Shown piece after piece: positions 38,167 through 50,535 of a DNA stretch of 64,000 nucleotides. Position numbers and translations under genes: made by a program. The stretch lies in contig CACEIC010000001.1 of NCBI GenBank assembly GCA_902559605.1, forward strand, positions 41,056-105,055. The letters run 5' to 3'. Each line of letters begins with the position of its first letter. Position 1 is the first letter of the stretch. The DNA comes from an uncultured Pelagibacteraceae bacterium. GTDB lineage: Bacteria > Pseudomonadota > Alphaproteobacteria > Pelagibacterales > Pelagibacteraceae. The notes beneath the pieces were generated by a model. It ran no database searches and was not told the origin of the DNA. It saw nothing but the letters and a program-made list of their open reading frames with translations.

Positions 38167-39354
38167 TTATCCTAAATCCTCACAAAACTTTTTAATTCTA
38201 GACATTGCTATTTTAAGTTTTGCCATTGAAGTTGCATATGAAATTCTAAAATATCCATCTAAACCAAATGCTGAGCCCTGAACAGCGGCAACATTTTGTT
38301 TTTCTAAAAGCTTTTGGACAAAATCAGTATCTTTTTTAAGTTTAGTTCTTTTATTTAAAAGTTTTTTACAATTCGGAAATACGTAAAATGCACCATTAGG
38401 TTTCAAGCAGCTAATACCATCAATATTATTTAAACTTTTTACAACAAAATCTCTTCTTTCTTTAAATGATTTTGCTCTTTTCTTAATAAAATCTTGTTTT
38501 CCATTTAAAGCTTCGACAGCTGCTGCTTGACTAATTGATGATGGATTCGAAGTAGACTGAGACTGAATTTTTCTAATTGCAGAAATTATTTCTTTTGGTC
38601 CAGCCGCATAACCAATCCTCCAACCAGTCATTGCATAAGATTTACTCACTCCATTCATTGTTAATGTTCGAGATTTTAATTTTGAAATTTGAGCAATAGT
38701 AAAAAATTTAAAATTATCATATTTAACATGCTCATAAATATCATCGCTCAAAATATGAACTTTTTTGTTTTTTATTAAAACCTTTGCTAATTTTTGAATT
38801 TCTAATTTGCTGTATCCAGATCCAGTTGGATTAGATGGTGAGTTAAGGATTATCCACTTCGTTCTTTTTGTAATTGCAGCTTTTAATTTTGCAGGTGTAA
38901 TTTTAAATCCATCTTTTTCATCACATTTTACTATTTTTGGTTTTCCTCCTGCTAAGAGAACCATATCCGGATATGAAACCCAGAATGGAGCAGGAATAAT
39001 AACTTCATCTCCTTTATTTAAAGTAGCCATAAAAGTGTTGTAGAGAACTTGTTTCCCTCCAGTTCCAACTGTGATTTCATCTAGTTTATAATTTAATTTA
39101 TTTTCTCTTTTAAATTTTTTTAAAATTGCTTTTTTTAATGCTGGAGTTCCATCAACTGCTGTATACTTTGTATCTCCGTCTCTTATTGCTTTAATAGCTG
39201 CATTTTTAACATTGATAGGAGTATCAAAATCTGGTTCCCCTGCCCCAAGTCCAACTACATCTTTTCCTGCAGCTCTTAATTCTCTTGCTTTTTGAGTAAC
39301 TGCAATAGTTGGGGATGGTTTAATTCTTTTTAAATTATTAGATATTATGCTCAT
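38167..39354 (-). CDS. aatA: Aspartate aminotransferase (class I PLP enzyme)
   Basis: GEPDFDTP, NSPSNPTG, DDIY and SKSYAMTGWRIG motifs. Confidence 0.9.
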   Translation of the reverse strand: MSIISNNLKRIKPSPTIAVTQKARELRAAGKDVVGLGAGEPDFDTPINVKNAAIKAIRDGDTKYTAVDGTPALKKAILKKFKRENKLNYKLDEITVGTGGKQVLYNTFMATLNKGDEVIIPAPFWVSYPDMVLLAGGKPKIVKCDEKDGFKITPAKLKAAITKRTKWIILNSPSNPTGSGYSKLEIQKLAKVLIKNKKVHILSDDIYEHVKYDNFKFFTIAQISKLKSRTLTMNGVSKSYAMTGWRIGYAAGPKEIISAIRKIQSQSTSNPSSISQAAAVEALNGKQDFIKKRAKSFKERRDFVVKSLNNIDGISCLKPNGAFYVFPNCKKLLNKRTKLKKDTDFVQKLLEKQNVAAVQGSAFGLDGYFRISYATSMAKLKIAMSRIKKFCEDLG

Positions 39355-39390
39355 TGAATTATGAAATTATTCAATTACGTTGTTTAATAT

Positions 39391-41565
39391 ATGGAGAATA
39401 CATATCAAGACCTAATTACAGACATTCAGAGTAAAAACCCAAAAATCGGTGGAAAACTCGAAGGTGGAAAAAAATTCAAAATAAAGTCAGATTTTACCCC
39501 GGCTGGTGACCAACCAGATGCAATTAAAAGGCTTGTTCAAGGAGCTAAAAAAAATGAGTTTAATCAAGTATTATTAGGAGTAACTGGATCTGGAAAAACT
39601 TTTACAATGGCAAAAGTTATAGAAGCTACAAATAGACCAGCATTAATATTGGCACCAAATAAAACTTTGGCAGCTCAACTTTACGGTGAGATGAAAACTT
39701 TTTTTCCAGATAATGCTGTTGAGTATTTTGTATCTTACTATGATTATTATACTCCAGAAGCTTACGTACCAAGATCAGACACATACATCGAAAAAGAAGC
39801 ATCAATAAACGAACAGATTGATAGAATGAGACACTCAGCAACGAGATCTCTTCTTGAAAGAGACGATGTTTTAATTGTTGCAAGTGTTTCCTGTATTTAT
39901 GGTTTGGGATCAGTAGAAGCTTACAGCAAAATGACTTTAACTCTTCAGAAAAACTATGAATATAATAGAGAACAAATAATAAAATCTCTTGTTGCTCTTC
40001 AGTATAAGAGAAATGATCAAAATTTTTTTAGAGGAACATTTAGGGCAAGGGGAGAATATTTAGAAATATTTCCATCTCATCTAGAGGATAGAGCATGGAG
40101 ACTAAGTTTATTTGGTGATAAACTTGAGAAGATTGAGGAATTTGATCCTTTGACAGGAGATCAGGTTAGAGATCTTAGTCTAGTAAAAGTTTATGCTAAT
40201 TCTCATTACATCACTCCTAAACCAACTGTAGAACAAGCAATTATAAAAATAAGAAAAGAATTAGAGGAAACTTTAAAAAAACACAAAGCTGAAAACAAGT
40301 TATTAGAGGCACAACGATTAGAGGAGAGAACTAAATTTGATTTAGAAATGATTGAGGCAACTGGATCTTGTGCAGGAATTGAAAATTACTCAAGATTTTT
40401 ATCTGGTAGAAAACCAGGAGAGCCACCACCTACTCTTTTTGAATATTTTCCTGATAACACATTAGTTTTTGTAGATGAATCTCATGTTACAGTTCCCCAA
40501 CTTAATGGGATGTTTAAGGGAGATAGATCTCGAAAAAGCACATTGGCTGAGTACGGTTTTAGATTGCCATCTTGTATGGATAATAGACCTTTAAAATTTG
40601 AGGAGTGGGATTTAATGAGAACACAAACTGTATTTGTTTCAGCAACTCCTGGGCCGTGGGAGTTAGAACAAACGAAAGGCAAGTTTATTGATCAGGTAAT
40701 AAGACCTACAGGATTAATAGATCCACCAGTTGAGATAAGACCAGCAAAAAATCAAGTGGACGACCTTATGCATGAATGCAAAAAAGTAGTTGAAAATAGT
40801 TATAGAGTTTTGGTTACAACACTTACAAAAAAAATGGCAGAGGATTTAACCGAGTATCTTCATGAGAATGGGATAAAAGTAAGATACCTTCATTCTGATA
40901 TAGATACACTTGAGAGAATAGAGATTATGAGAGATCTTAGAATGGGTGTATTTGATGTTCTAGTTGGAATAAATTTATTAAGAGAAGGCTTAGATATTCC
41001 AGAATGTGCATTAGTTGGAATACTAGATGCTGATAAGGAAGGATTTTTGCGATCAGAAACTTCACTAATTCAAACAATAGGAAGAGCTGCAAGAAACGTA
41101 GATGGAAAAGTTATTCTTTATGCCGATAAGGAAACAAAAAGTATAAAGAAAGCAATTAAAGAAACTGAGAGAAGAAGAAAAATTCAATTAGAGTACAATA
41201 AGAAAAATAAAATCGACGCTAAATCTGTAAAAAAAGAAATAAGTGATATTTTAGAAAGTGTTTACGAGAAAGATTACGTCAAAATAAGTGAGGGTTCCAA
41301 TATTGGTGGCAACCTTAAAAAACATTTAAAAGGATTAGACAAAAAGATGAAAGAAGCTGCATCTAATTTGGAATTTGAGGAAGCCGCTAAAATTAGAGAT
41401 GAGATGAGAAAACTTCAAAGTACTGAATTAGAAATTACTTTAAACCCTAAAATTAGACAGTACGATGTTAAAAATAAAATTTATCCCAAAGGTAGATCTA
41501 CATTAGGTATGCCTGGTACAAGAGTTACAAAAAAAAGAGATAAAAAATGGAAGCACGGAAGATAA
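39391..41565 (+). CDS. uvrB: Excinuclease ABC subunit B
   Basis: [23 protein letters not shown]-terminal UVR domain. Confidence 0.98.
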   Translation: MENTYQDLITDIQSKNPKIGGKLEGGKKFKIKSDFTPAGDQPDAIKRLVQGAKKNEFNQVLLGVTGSGKTFTMAKVIEATNRPALILAPNKTLAAQLYGEMKTFFPDNAVEYFVSYYDYYTPEAYVPRSDTYIEKEASINEQIDRMRHSATRSLLERDDVLIVASVSCIYGLGSVEAYSKMTLTLQKNYEYNREQIIKSLVALQYKRNDQNFFRGTFRARGEYLEIFPSHLEDRAWRLSLFGDKLEKIEEFDPLTGDQVRDLSLVKVYANSHYITPKPTVEQAIIKIRKELEETLKKHKAENKLLEAQRLEERTKFDLEMIEATGSCAGIENYSRFLSGRKPGEPPPTLFEYFPDNTLVFVDESHVTVPQLNGMFKGDRSRKSTLAEYGFRLPSCMDNRPLKFEEWDLMRTQTVFVSATPGPWELEQTKGKFIDQVIRPTGLIDPPVEIRPAKNQVDDLMHECKKVVENSYRVLVTTLTKKMAEDLTEYLHENGIKVRYLHSDIDTLERIEIMRDLRMGVFDVLVGINLLREGLDIPECALVGILDADKEGFLRSETSLIQTIGRAARNVDGKVILYADKETKSIKKAIKETERRRKIQLEYNKKNKIDAKSVKKEISDILESVYEKDYVKISEGSNIGGNLKKHLKGLDKKMKEAASNLEFEEAAKIRDEMRKLQSTELEITLNPKIRQYDVKNKIYPKGRSTLGMPGTRVTKKRDKKWKHGR

Positions 41566-42302
41566 TAATTACTGGAGCAGCAACTCGAATGGGAGCTGCC
41601 ATAGCTAAAAAATTATCTGGACCTAACATTGAAATTGTTATCCATTATAACAAATCTAGATCCAAAGCAGAAAATCTTAAAAAAGATTTAACTAAAAGTG
41701 GTACAAAAATTTATTTAGCAAAAGCAGATTTAACTAAAGAAAAAGAAATAGAAAGAATGCTTAAATTTTCAAAATCAAAGTTGAAATATTTTGATTGTTT
41801 AATTAATAATGCTTCATTATTTGAGAACGATAAACTTGAAAATTTCACAACAAAAAGTTGGGAAAGCCATTTAAAAGCGAATTTAAAAGCGCCAGCTTTA
41901 TTATCAAAGGGTTTTGCTAAAAATATTAGAGGCAAAAACAATACTATTATTAATATAATTGATCAAAGAGTATTCAAGTTAACTCCATATTTTTTTTCAT
42001 ATACATTAAGTAAATCTGGTCTTTACACTTTAACCAAAACCAGCGCTATGAGTCTTGCCCCAAATATTAGAGTAAATGGAATTGCTCCAGGTCCAACTAT
42101 TAAAAATAAAAGACAGTCTGATAAACATTTTAAAAAACAATACATGGCAACACCTCTTAAAAGGCAGACAAATGTAGAAGAAATCTGCAATGCTGTTGAC
42201 TTTTTTATTAAAAATAGATCTATTACCGGTCAAGTTTTAGCAATTGATAGTGGCCAAAACTTAAACTGGCAAACTCCAGATATAATGGGTGGTAAGGAAT
42301 GA
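41547..42302 (+). CDS. SDR oxidoreductase, pteridine reductase/FolM-like
   Basis: [12 protein letters not shown] and YxxSK motifs; coupled to folB. Confidence 0.85.
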   Translation: MEARKIIITGAATRMGAAIAKKLSGPNIEIVIHYNKSRSKAENLKKDLTKSGTKIYLAKADLTKEKEIERMLKFSKSKLKYFDCLINNASLFENDKLENFTTKSWESHLKANLKAPALLSKGFAKNIRGKNNTIINIIDQRVFKLTPYFFSYTLSKSGLYTLTKTSAMSLAPNIRVNGIAPGPTIKNKRQSDKHFKKQYMATPLKRQTNVEEICNAVDFFIKNRSITGQVLAIDSGQNLNWQTPDIMGGKE

Positions 42303-42724
42303 AAAAGAATAATTTAAAGATTGTTAAAATAAATAAAACAAAGAGCTTATTTAATTACGAAAAAAAAGTTTTAATAAAAGAATTAATACTGGGATTAAAA
42401 CTTGGTTATTTTTATTTTGAAAAAGAAAAGCCTCAAAAAGTAAAATTTAATTTAGAGGTTAATTATCAAGATAAACAGCCTTCGAATGACAAAGATATTA
42501 AATCGATAGTTAACTATGCTAAAATTGTAAAATTAATAAAAAAATTAGTAAAAAATAAACATTACAATTTTCTTGAGACATTGGCAGAAGATGTTTTTGA
42601 TGAGCTATTCAAAGATAAAAGAATAGATAAAATCACTCTTCAAATCGAAAAATTAGAAATAATGAAGGATTGCAGTTCAGTTGGGATCCAAATTTCTAAA
42701 AAAAGAAGCCATGATCAGCTCTGA
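42299..42724 (+). CDS. folB: Dihydroneopterin aldolase
   Basis: ExxxPQxV, VNY, LETLAE and EK motifs. Confidence 0.88.
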   Translation: MKKNNLKIVKINKTKSLFNYEKKVLIKELILGLKLGYFYFEKEKPQKVKFNLEVNYQDKQPSNDKDIKSIVNYAKIVKLIKKLVKNKHYNFLETLAEDVFDELFKDKRIDKITLQIEKLEIMKDCSSVGIQISKKRSHDQL

Positions 42725-44546
42725 TATAGGTAAAGAAGTAATTAAAAAAGAATTGCCCTTGGTTCCTAAGCTGCCAGGTGTTTATAGGATGCTAAATTCA
42801 AAAGGAGAAATTCTTTATGTGGGTAAAGCAAAAAACCTTCCAAATAGACTCAAAAGTTATGTGTCAGAAAAAAATCATATTATTAGAACTGAAAGAATGC
42901 TCTCTCAAACAAAAAGACTCGAAATTACTACTACTTCAAATGAAAGTGAGGCTTTACTTTTAGAGGCAAATTTAATTAAAAAGTTTAAACCAAAATTTAA
43001 TATTTTATTAAGAGATGACAAATCCTTTCCTTTTATTTTTATAGGTGACAAAGATAAATGGCCACAAATCAAAAGGCACAGAGGAAAAAAAGGCAAAGAA
43101 GGATTTTATTTTGGACCATTTGCATCAGCTGGATCTGCAAATTGGACTATAAAAATGATCCAAAAAATATTTCATCTCAGAATTTGCGATGATACTGTTT
43201 TCAAAAATAGAGAAAGACCCTGCATACTTTATCAAATTAAAAGATGCTCAGGACCTTGCGTTGGTTACGTAACTGAGAGTGATTATAAACAAACTGTTGA
43301 TGACGCAATTGAGTTTGTGTCAGGCAAATCTAGAAAAATTCAGAAAAGCTTATCTAACCAAATGGAAAAGGCTAGTGAGGATTTAGACTTTGAAAAAGCA
43401 GCAATATTAAGAGATCGAATTAAATCATTAAATATTATTCAATCTTCTCAAAGAATTAATGAAGCAAATTTAGTCGAAGCAGATGTTATCGCAGGATATA
43501 AAGAATCTGGAAAAACTTGTATTCAAGTTTTTTTTTATAGGTCAAAACAAAATTGGGGTAATCAAGCTTTTTTTCCAAAGCATGATCCAGAAGAAAATCT
43601 AAATGATATCATTAATTCTTTTGTCTCTCAATTTTATGAAAATAAAAGTGTGCCATCTTCAATAATTTTATCAAATGAAATTAAAGAGAAAGAATTAATT
43701 GAAAAAACACTTACACAAAAAGAAGGTAAACAAATCACAATTACTGTCGCAAAAAAAGGGACGAAACTAAAAGTTATAAATCAAGCAATAAATAATGCAA
43801 AAGATAGTTTGAATAGAAAACTTTACGAGAGTCAGAATAATAGAGATCTTTTCGATGCAGTATCAAAAAAATTCAATCTTGAAACTAATATTAATTTAGT
43901 TGAGGTTTATGACAATAGCCATATTCAAGGCACAAATAGTGTGGGCGCTTTAATTACTTATGGCGATGTAGGGTTCGTTAAAAAAAGGTATAGAAAATTT
44001 AATATAAAAATTCAAAAAAATGCTCAAGATGATTATGGAATGATGAAAGAGGTTCTTAACAGAAGATTTAAAAGAGCAGTTCAAGAGAAAGATAATTATT
44101 TAACTTTCCCTGATTTAGTTTTAATTGATGGAGGGAAAGGTCAATATTCTGTTGCTAGAGAAGCGATGAATGAACTTGGTCTACATGAAATACCTATTGT
44201 AGCTATAGCAAAGGGCAAAATGAGAAATAGTGGAAATGAAACATTTTTTCATAACGGAAGAGAGTTCAAGTTTGAGAAAAATGATCCAACATTATTCTTT
44301 TTACAAAGACTAAGAGATGAATCCCATCGATTTGCAATAAGTGCTCATAGAGCAAAAAGAAAAAAGGGCATAAGCAAATCATTATTAGATCAAATTGATG
44401 GTATTGGATCTATAAGAAAAAGGGCATTATTAAATCATTTTGGTTCAGCCAGAGCTGTGGAATCAGCTAGTTTGGATGAAATAAAATCAGTTGATGGAGT
44501 TGAGGAAAAAGTTGCAAAAAAAATATATAATTTCTTTCACGAATGA
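42711..44546 (+). CDS. uvrC: Excinuclease ABC subunit C (start reassigned to ATG 42711)
   Basis: GIY-YIG PGVY...[24 protein letters not shown], HhH tail. Confidence 0.97.
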   Translation: MISSDIGKEVIKKELPLVPKLPGVYRMLNSKGEILYVGKAKNLPNRLKSYVSEKNHIIRTERMLSQTKRLEITTTSNESEALLLEANLIKKFKPKFNILLRDDKSFPFIFIGDKDKWPQIKRHRGKKGKEGFYFGPFASAGSANWTIKMIQKIFHLRICDDTVFKNRERPCILYQIKRCSGPCVGYVTESDYKQTVDDAIEFVSGKSRKIQKSLSNQMEKASEDLDFEKAAILRDRIKSLNIIQSSQRINEANLVEADVIAGYKESGKTCIQVFFYRSKQNWGNQAFFPKHDPEENLNDIINSFVSQFYENKSVPSSIILSNEIKEKELIEKTLTQKEGKQITITVAKKGTKLKVINQAINNAKDSLNRKLYESQNNRDLFDAVSKKFNLETNINLVEVYDNSHIQGTNSVGALITYGDVGFVKKRYRKFNIKIQKNAQDDYGMMKEVLNRRFKRAVQEKDNYLTFPDLVLIDGGKGQYSVAREAMNELGLHEIPIVAIAKGKMRNSGNETFFHNGREFKFEKNDPTLFFLQRLRDESHRFAISAHRAKRKKGISKSLLDQIDGIGSIRKRALLNHFGSARAVESASLDEIKSVDGVEEKVAKKIYNFFHE

Positions 44547-45127
44547 AATTTAAAATACCTAATTATTTAACAATTGGAAGAATAATAATTGTTCCAATAT
44601 TTGTTTTTACATTCTACCTTCCTGGATTTTATGGAGACGTTATACCATTTGCTCTTTTTTTAATTGCCTCATTTACAGATTTTTTAGATGGCCTTTTGGC
44701 AAGAATGTTTAAAGAAGAGTCTAAACTTGGTGAACTTTTAGATCCTATTGCAGATAAAATTATTGTTGCAACTGCGTTAATTTTATTAGTTATGGACCAA
44801 ACAATAAAAAATTACGAAGTTATTGCAGCTATTATAATTCTAACAAGGGAAATACTAATTTCAGGATTAAGAGAGTTTCTTGCAAAAGGGAAGATAAAGC
44901 TTCCTGTTTCTAATTTAGCAAAACTTAAAACATTCTTGCAGATGTTTTCGATAGCAATACTTCTGACTGGGGAAACAGGAAATAAATTAATAAATTTTCA
45001 AGATTATAATGCTCAAACAATTGGCATTATTATTTTATGGCTATCTGCGTTTTTAACACTTTATACTGGATATGATTATCTTAGAAAAGGAATAGACCAT
45101 GCAATATCTGAAGATAATAAGGATTAG
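44543..45127 (+). CDS. pgsA: CDP-diacylglycerol--glycerol-3-phosphate 3-phosphatidyltransferase
   Basis: PNxLT and DFLDGLLAR...[10 protein letters not shown]; follows uvrC. Confidence 0.95.
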   Translation: MKFKIPNYLTIGRIIIVPIFVFTFYLPGFYGDVIPFALFLIASFTDFLDGLLARMFKEESKLGELLDPIADKIIVATALILLVMDQTIKNYEVIAAIIILTREILISGLREFLAKGKIKLPVSNLAKLKTFLQMFSIAILLTGETGNKLINFQDYNAQTIGIIILWLSAFLTLYTGYDYLRKGIDHAISEDNKD

Positions 45128-46005
45128 GCAGCTTTTTTTTGTCTAACTAACTGATCAAAACTTTTTGATAATCCTAATATAACATCACAAATTTTGTATT
45201 TATGATCTGCTATGCTTGCAACAGGTGTTATTTCAGCTGCAGTACCGGTTAAGAAACATCCATCAAAATTACCTAGTTCATCTGGAGAAATTTTTCTTTC
45301 ATGAACTTTGATATTTTTTGATTTGGCTAATTCAATTACAGCTTGTCTTGTAATACCATTTAAAAAAGAATCTGGTGTTGGTGTATGTAATTCATTATTT
45401 TTATCTTTAAAAAAAATGTTTGCACTTGTTCCTTCTGCAACATTACCTTCAAAATCTAACATTAATGATTCAGAATACCCTTGTTGTTCAGCTTCGTGTT
45501 TTGAAAGTGTACAAATCATATATAATCCAGCTGCTTTTGCATCCCAAGGAATAGTATTTGGAGCCGGTCTTCGCCATTTAGAAATATTTAATCTTATTCC
45601 TTCGGCTTTTAATTTTGGATCAAAATATGCAGGCCATTCCCATGTTGCTATTGCTACATTTATCGAAGTTTTCTGTGCAGACACACCCATCATCTCGCTT
45701 CCTCTCCACGCAAATGGTCTTACATATCCGTTTTGAATATTTTGAACCGCTACTATTTTTTTAGAGGCTTCATTTATTTCGTCTTTTGTATAAGGAATGT
45801 TAATGTCTAATCTTTTTGCAGAATAAAATAATCTATCTGTATGCTCTTCTAGCTTAAATATTTCTCCGTCGTATACTCTTTCACCTTCAAAAACTAAACT
45901 TGCATAGTGAAGTCCATGACTGATTACATGGCATTTTGCATCTTGCCATTCAACAAGCTCATTATTGTACCAAATTTTTCCTGATCGTTTATCGAAAGGT
46001 ATCAT
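45124..46005 (-). CDS. ilvE: Branched-chain amino acid aminotransferase
   Basis: LHYASLVFEG, KAAGLY, EGTSANIF, GITR and GTAAE motifs. Confidence 0.93.
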   Translation of the reverse strand: MIPFDKRSGKIWYNNELVEWQDAKCHVISHGLHYASLVFEGERVYDGEIFKLEEHTDRLFYSAKRLDINIPYTKDEINEASKKIVAVQNIQNGYVRPFAWRGSEMMGVSAQKTSINVAIATWEWPAYFDPKLKAEGIRLNISKWRRPAPNTIPWDAKAAGLYMICTLSKHEAEQQGYSESLMLDFEGNVAEGTSANIFFKDKNNELHTPTPDSFLNGITRQAVIELAKSKNIKVHERKISPDELGNFDGCFLTGTAAEITPVASIADHKYKICDVILGLSKSFDQLVRQKKAA

Positions 46006-46064
46006 TATTTAATTTTATAAAAAAATATATTTGTATATATAATATGTCAATATAACTTACCAAT

Positions 46065-46508
46065 ATGAAAAAACTTTTATATTTAAAAGATGAAGATCTC
46101 AAACAATATATTGAAAAAATATTTCTTGGCTACAGAGAGACGGTCTCAGATGCTAGAAATGTGTTGAATAAATACTCCATAGGTGTCGCACATAACAAGG
46201 TTATTCATCTAATTTCATTATATGAGGGTATCACAATATCAGAACTTTTAAGAAAATTGAAAGTTACAAAGCAAAGTTTGAATAGAGTTTTGAAAGATTT
46301 AATAAATCTAAAAGCTATAAAATATGAAAAAGATCAAGTAGATACCAGAATAAAACATGTCTTCTTAACAGAGGAAGGAGAAAAATTATTTAACGAAATT
46401 TTCTCAGCTCAAAAGAAAAGAATTTACCAGGCATTCTCCGCATCAAAAGCAAATGAGGTTGTTAGTTTTGATAATGTTTTAAAAAAAATAATTAATGGAA
46501 AAATTTAA
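46065..46508 (+). CDS. MarR family regulator (PetP-like)
   Basis: VTKQSLNRVLKDL wHTH; divergent from ilvE as in other alphaproteobacteria. Confidence 0.85.
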   Translation: MKKLLYLKDEDLKQYIEKIFLGYRETVSDARNVLNKYSIGVAHNKVIHLISLYEGITISELLRKLKVTKQSLNRVLKDLINLKAIKYEKDQVDTRIKHVFLTEEGEKLFNEIFSAQKKRIYQAFSASKANEVVSFDNVLKKIINGKI

Positions 46509-47172
46509 AGCACATATTTTAGTTGTAGATGACGATGATGGTATAAGAGAATTAGTTAAAGAATACCTTTCCCAAAATGAATATCTTGTAACTAGTTCGA
46601 ATAGTGCTGAAGATGCTCTTGAGAAAGTTAAAATTATAAAATTTGACTTAATAGTGCTTGATATAATGATGCCGGGGAAGAGTGGTTTGGAATTTACAAA
46701 AGAAAATAAAGATAAAATTTCGACCCCTATAATTCTTTTAACTGCGAAGGGCGAAGCTTCAGAGAGAATAGAGGGTTTGGATATTGGTGCAGACGATTAC
46801 CTTCCAAAACCTTTTGAGCCTAAAGAATTAATACTTAGAATTAATAATATCTTAAATAAAACAAAATATAAAAATACAAAGAGAAAATTTAAATTTGGTA
46901 AAATTGAAATAGATCTTAATAAGCAGTTTATTTTGAAAAATGATAAATCAATAAAAATTAATAATACAGAAAAAATAATTTTAGATAAAATGGTTAATTC
47001 CCCTGGAAAAATTTTTAAAAGAGAGGAGATTGGAAATCTTATAAAAATTGATAAAGAAAGATCAGTTGACGTAATCATTACACGACTTAGGAAGAAAATT
47101 GAAGAAAACCCCAAAAGCCCAAATTATTTACAAACAATAAGAGGTGAAGGTTATGTTTTATGGATTGAATAA
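46495..47172 (+). CDS. OmpR-family response regulator (PetR-like)
   Basis: VVDDD, LDIMMPG, GADDYLPKPF, RSVDVxITRLRKKIE. Confidence 0.92.
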   Translation: MEKFKAHILVVDDDDGIRELVKEYLSQNEYLVTSSNSAEDALEKVKIIKFDLIVLDIMMPGKSGLEFTKENKDKISTPIILLTAKGEASERIEGLDIGADDYLPKPFEPKELILRINNILNKTKYKNTKRKFKFGKIEIDLNKQFILKNDKSIKINNTEKIILDKMVNSPGKIFKREEIGNLIKIDKERSVDVIITRLRKKIEENPKSPNYLQTIRGEGYVLWIE

Positions 47173-48466
47173 ATATATAAAAAATATCCTGCCAAAAAGA
47201 CTTTTTTATAGAGGTTTACTCATAGTCGCTGTTCCAATAGTAGTTATGCAAATAACTATCTCTTTAGTTTTTTTTGATAGTCTTTGGATCAAAACTAATT
47301 CTGGAATGACAAGAGCATTAGTCTCTGAAGTCAAAACTTTTGTAGATGCTTATGATAACGACGAAACTAACAAAGATTTTATAATTATTTTATTCAAAGA
47401 ACACTTGGGTTTTAATATCAAATATGAAAAAGATAAAATCTTACCAGATAAAATACCAGAAAGATGGTTCAGTCCAGTGGATCGATCACTAAGAAGAGAA
47501 TTAAAAAAAAAAAATTTAACTTATTGGTTTGATACAACAAACTTCAAAGAAGTTGTTGACTTGAAAATAGGATATTCAAAAGGATATTTTCAATTTTATA
47601 TTCCAAGGGATAGACTAACTACGAGTTCAGCTAGATTATTTGGTCTTTGGATAACATTGCCAGCATTATTAATGATAGCTGTAGCAATAATTTTTTTAAA
47701 GAATCAAACTAGACCCATAACTAAACTTGCAGAGGCATCTGAAAGATTTGGTCGAGGAGAAGATATTGATGAGTTTAGACCTTCTGGAGCACTCGAAATC
47801 CGAAAAGCTGGTTTAGAGTTTGACAAAATGAGAAAAAGAATAATTAGACATCTTAATCAAAGATCTGAGATGCTATCAGGTATTAGCCACGATTTAAGAA
47901 CACCTCTGACAAGGATAAAACTACAAATAGCGATGATTAAAGATAAAGGAGTTGTAGAGAAACTCTCAAGAGATGTTGATGAAATGGAAAAAATGTTAAA
48001 TGAATATCTTCAATTCGCAAGATCTGGTGCAAAAGATAAAACTGAAACGTTTGATATTTCCGTTCTTCTTGAAGATATTTGTAAAAAATATGAGAAACCA
48101 AATATAAAATATTTTTTAAAAGAGAGAGTTTATTTTGATGGAAGAAAGAATTTAATTAGTAGATGTATCAATAATCTAATAGATAATTCTTTAAAATTTG
48201 CTGACAATGTTGAATTATATTTAAAAAAAGGAAGATCAACTATCAATATTTCAATTGAGGATGATGGTCCAGGAATACCACAGAAAGAACATCAAAATGT
48301 TTTGAAGCCATTTTATAAAATTGATAAAAGTAGATCTGAAACAAAGTCAAGTGTTGGTCTTGGTTTAGCTATATCATCAGATGTCGTCAAATCACATGGT
48401 GGAGATCTTAAATTTGATAAGTCTAGTTTAGGTGGATTAAAAGTTATTATTTCTTTGCCCGTTTAG
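47153..48466 (+). CDS. EnvZ/RisS-like sensor histidine kinase
   Basis: 2 TM helices, HAMP, SHDLRTPL, NLIDN, DDGPG, GLGL; likely start at ATG 47153. Confidence 0.92.
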   Translation: MFYGLNKYIKNILPKRLFYRGLLIVAVPIVVMQITISLVFFDSLWIKTNSGMTRALVSEVKTFVDAYDNDETNKDFIIILFKEHLGFNIKYEKDKILPDKIPERWFSPVDRSLRRELKKKNLTYWFDTTNFKEVVDLKIGYSKGYFQFYIPRDRLTTSSARLFGLWITLPALLMIAVAIIFLKNQTRPITKLAEASERFGRGEDIDEFRPSGALEIRKAGLEFDKMRKRIIRHLNQRSEMLSGISHDLRTPLTRIKLQIAMIKDKGVVEKLSRDVDEMEKMLNEYLQFARSGAKDKTETFDISVLLEDICKKYEKPNIKYFLKERVYFDGRKNLISRCINNLIDNSLKFADNVELYLKKGRSTINISIEDDGPGIPQKEHQNVLKPFYKIDKSRSETKSSVGLGLAISSDVVKSHGGDLKFDKSSLGGLKVIISLPV

Positions 48467-48689
48467 TTTTTTTTTTAATTTTTTTTTCAGCAATTTTTTT
48501 TTCTAGTTTTTCAATTCTCTTATTTAATATATCTATTTCATCTTTGCTTACTAAATTCATTTTAAGGATAATTTCTTCTTTTTTTGAGCGTAAAATATTT
48601 ACGACTTCATCACTAAAATCTTTGTAGTTGACCAGTCCTTCTTCCAAAAATTTTGCAAATTTATCAAATACGAATCTTGATTTTGACAT
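48447..48689 (-). CDS. UbiK/BMFP-like accessory factor
   Basis: Short coiled-coil protein with an MNLVSKDE motif, divergent from lgt. Confidence 0.65.
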   Translation of the reverse strand: MSKSRFVFDKFAKFLEEGLVNYKDFSDEVVNILRSKKEEIILKMNLVSKDEIDILNKRIEKLEKKIAEKKIKKKTKRAKK

Positions 48690-48737
48690 AATAATTTCTT
48701 ATCAAAGTTTAAGTAATATTTATAATATTACAATTAA

Positions 48738-49514
48738 ATGTTTATTAATAATTTTGACCCAGTCGCTTTTGAGATCTTTTCATTAGAAATTAGATGGTAT
48801 TCCTTGTCTTATATATTTGGCTTAGTATTTGGTTGGTATTTTGCAAAGAACAAACTAATCAAAGATATTACTCAAAAAGAATTTTTCGACGATTATATAA
48901 CTTATTTGATCATAAGTATCATCCTTGGTGGAAGACTTGGATATGTAATTATTTATGACCCAATTTATTTTATTAGTAATCCAGTTGAGATTATAAAAAT
49001 TTGGCAAGGAGGCATGTCTTTTCACGGTGCCCTAATTGGAATTATTATAGGAACTTATTTTTTCTGCAAAAATAAAAATCAAAATATTTTTAGTTATTTA
49101 GATGTGGTTGCTGTTTGTTCTCCTATAGGAATTTTTTTAGGAAGAATATCAAATTTCATAAATTCAGAACTTTATGGCATAGAAACAAATGTACCATGGT
49201 CAGTAAAGTTTATAAAAATTGATGATTTAAATCGACATCCTTCACAAATTTATGAGGCAATATTTGAGGGAGTTGTTCTATTTATTATTTTAAGCATGTT
49301 GTTTAAAAAATTAAGAAACATACCTGGGATTATTTCAGGTTATTTTTTAATTTTATACTCATTTTTTAGATTTGTTATCGAGTTTTTTAGAGAACCAGAT
49401 CAACAACTAGGTTATATATTTTTCAACTTGAGTATGGGGCAAATAATAAGTTGTATAGCACTGACCTGCGGATTAATTATCGTTTATTATAAAAATGCTA
49501 ATAGGACACAATAA
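48738..49514 (+). CDS. lgt: Prolipoprotein diacylglyceryl transferase
   Basis: IRWY, GGRLGY, GGMSFHG, GRxxNFINxELYG and HPSQIYE motifs. Confidence 0.97.
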   Translation: MFINNFDPVAFEIFSLEIRWYSLSYIFGLVFGWYFAKNKLIKDITQKEFFDDYITYLIISIILGGRLGYVIIYDPIYFISNPVEIIKIWQGGMSFHGALIGIIIGTYFFCKNKNQNIFSYLDVVAVCSPIGIFLGRISNFINSELYGIETNVPWSVKFIKIDDLNRHPSQIYEAIFEGVVLFIILSMLFKKLRNIPGIISGYFLILYSFFRFVIEFFREPDQQLGYIFFNLSMGQIISCIALTCGLIIVYYKNANRTQ

Positions 49515-50535
49515 AAAAATCTCATTGGATAGATTTATTTACAAATCTTTGTATGACAAAGATAATGGTTATTATATTAAAAAAAATCCTTTCGGAAAAA
49601 AAGGTGATTTCATAACATCTCCTAATATTTCTGTTCTTTTTTCAGAAATGATATCTATTTGGTTAATTTCATTTTGGGAGAATTTAAAAAAGCCAAAAAA
49701 AATTAATATTATAGAACTGGGCGCAGGCAACGGAGAGATGATGTCACAAATTATAAAAACTTTAAATAATTTTAGTGAAATTAATTTATCAGCCAATTTT
49801 TTAATTTTGGAGAAAAGTCCATTACTTATAAAAATTCAGAAGGGTAAAATAGATAAAAAAAAAGTAAGTTGGATTAAAAATTTAAAAGAAATTCCAAAGG
49901 CTCCCACTATATTCTTGGCTAATGAGTTTTTTGATGCATTTCCTATCAAACAGTTTTTAAAGAAAAGCAATGATTGGTATGAAAAATATGTAGCATATAA
50001 AAAAAATAAGTTTGAAGTTTGTGATCAAAAAGTGTCATCAAAAATAATTGAGAAATATTTAGGTAAGGATATAAAAAAAGAAAAATTTGTTGAATATTCA
50101 CCTTCAGCAATGAAATTTGTTAACGAATTAGCGAACTTTATTTTTAAAAATAATGGTGGTTTATTAATGATAGACTATGGCTTTACAAGTGGAAAAATGA
50201 AAAATACTCTGCAAAGTGTTGAGAAGCACAGAAAAATTAGTTTTTTAGAAAATCCCTATAACTCGGATATTACTCATTTGATAAATTTTAAAATGTACAA
50301 GAAAGAGTTTGCAAATTGTAATTTGAAATCTTTAATAACTACCCAAGGTAATTTCTTAACTAAATTAGGAATATTAAAAAGAGCTGAGATAATAAGTAAA
50401 AATTTACAATTTAGTAAGAAAGCTGACATATTTTATAGAATAAAAAGATTAATTGATGAAAAATATATGGGCTCTTTGTTTAAAGTTTTATTTGTAAGCA
50501 AATCTAAAAATAATTTTAATTTGGGTTTTAAGTGA
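49495..50535 (+). CDS. NDUFAF7/MidA-family SAM-dependent methyltransferase
   Basis: GDFITSP, ELGAGNG, NEFFDA, IDYG, DIT and MGSLFKV motifs. Confidence 0.9.
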   Translation: MLIGHNKKISLDRFIYKSLYDKDNGYYIKKNPFGKKGDFITSPNISVLFSEMISIWLISFWENLKKPKKINIIELGAGNGEMMSQIIKTLNNFSEINLSANFLILEKSPLLIKIQKGKIDKKKVSWIKNLKEIPKAPTIFLANEFFDAFPIKQFLKKSNDWYEKYVAYKKNKFEVCDQKVSSKIIEKYLGKDIKKEKFVEYSPSAMKFVNELANFIFKNNGGLLMIDYGFTSGKMKNTLQSVEKHRKISFLENPYNSDITHLINFKMYKKEFANCNLKSLITTQGNFLTKLGILKRAEIISKNLQFSKKADIFYRIKRLIDEKYMGSLFKVLFVSKSKNNFNLGFK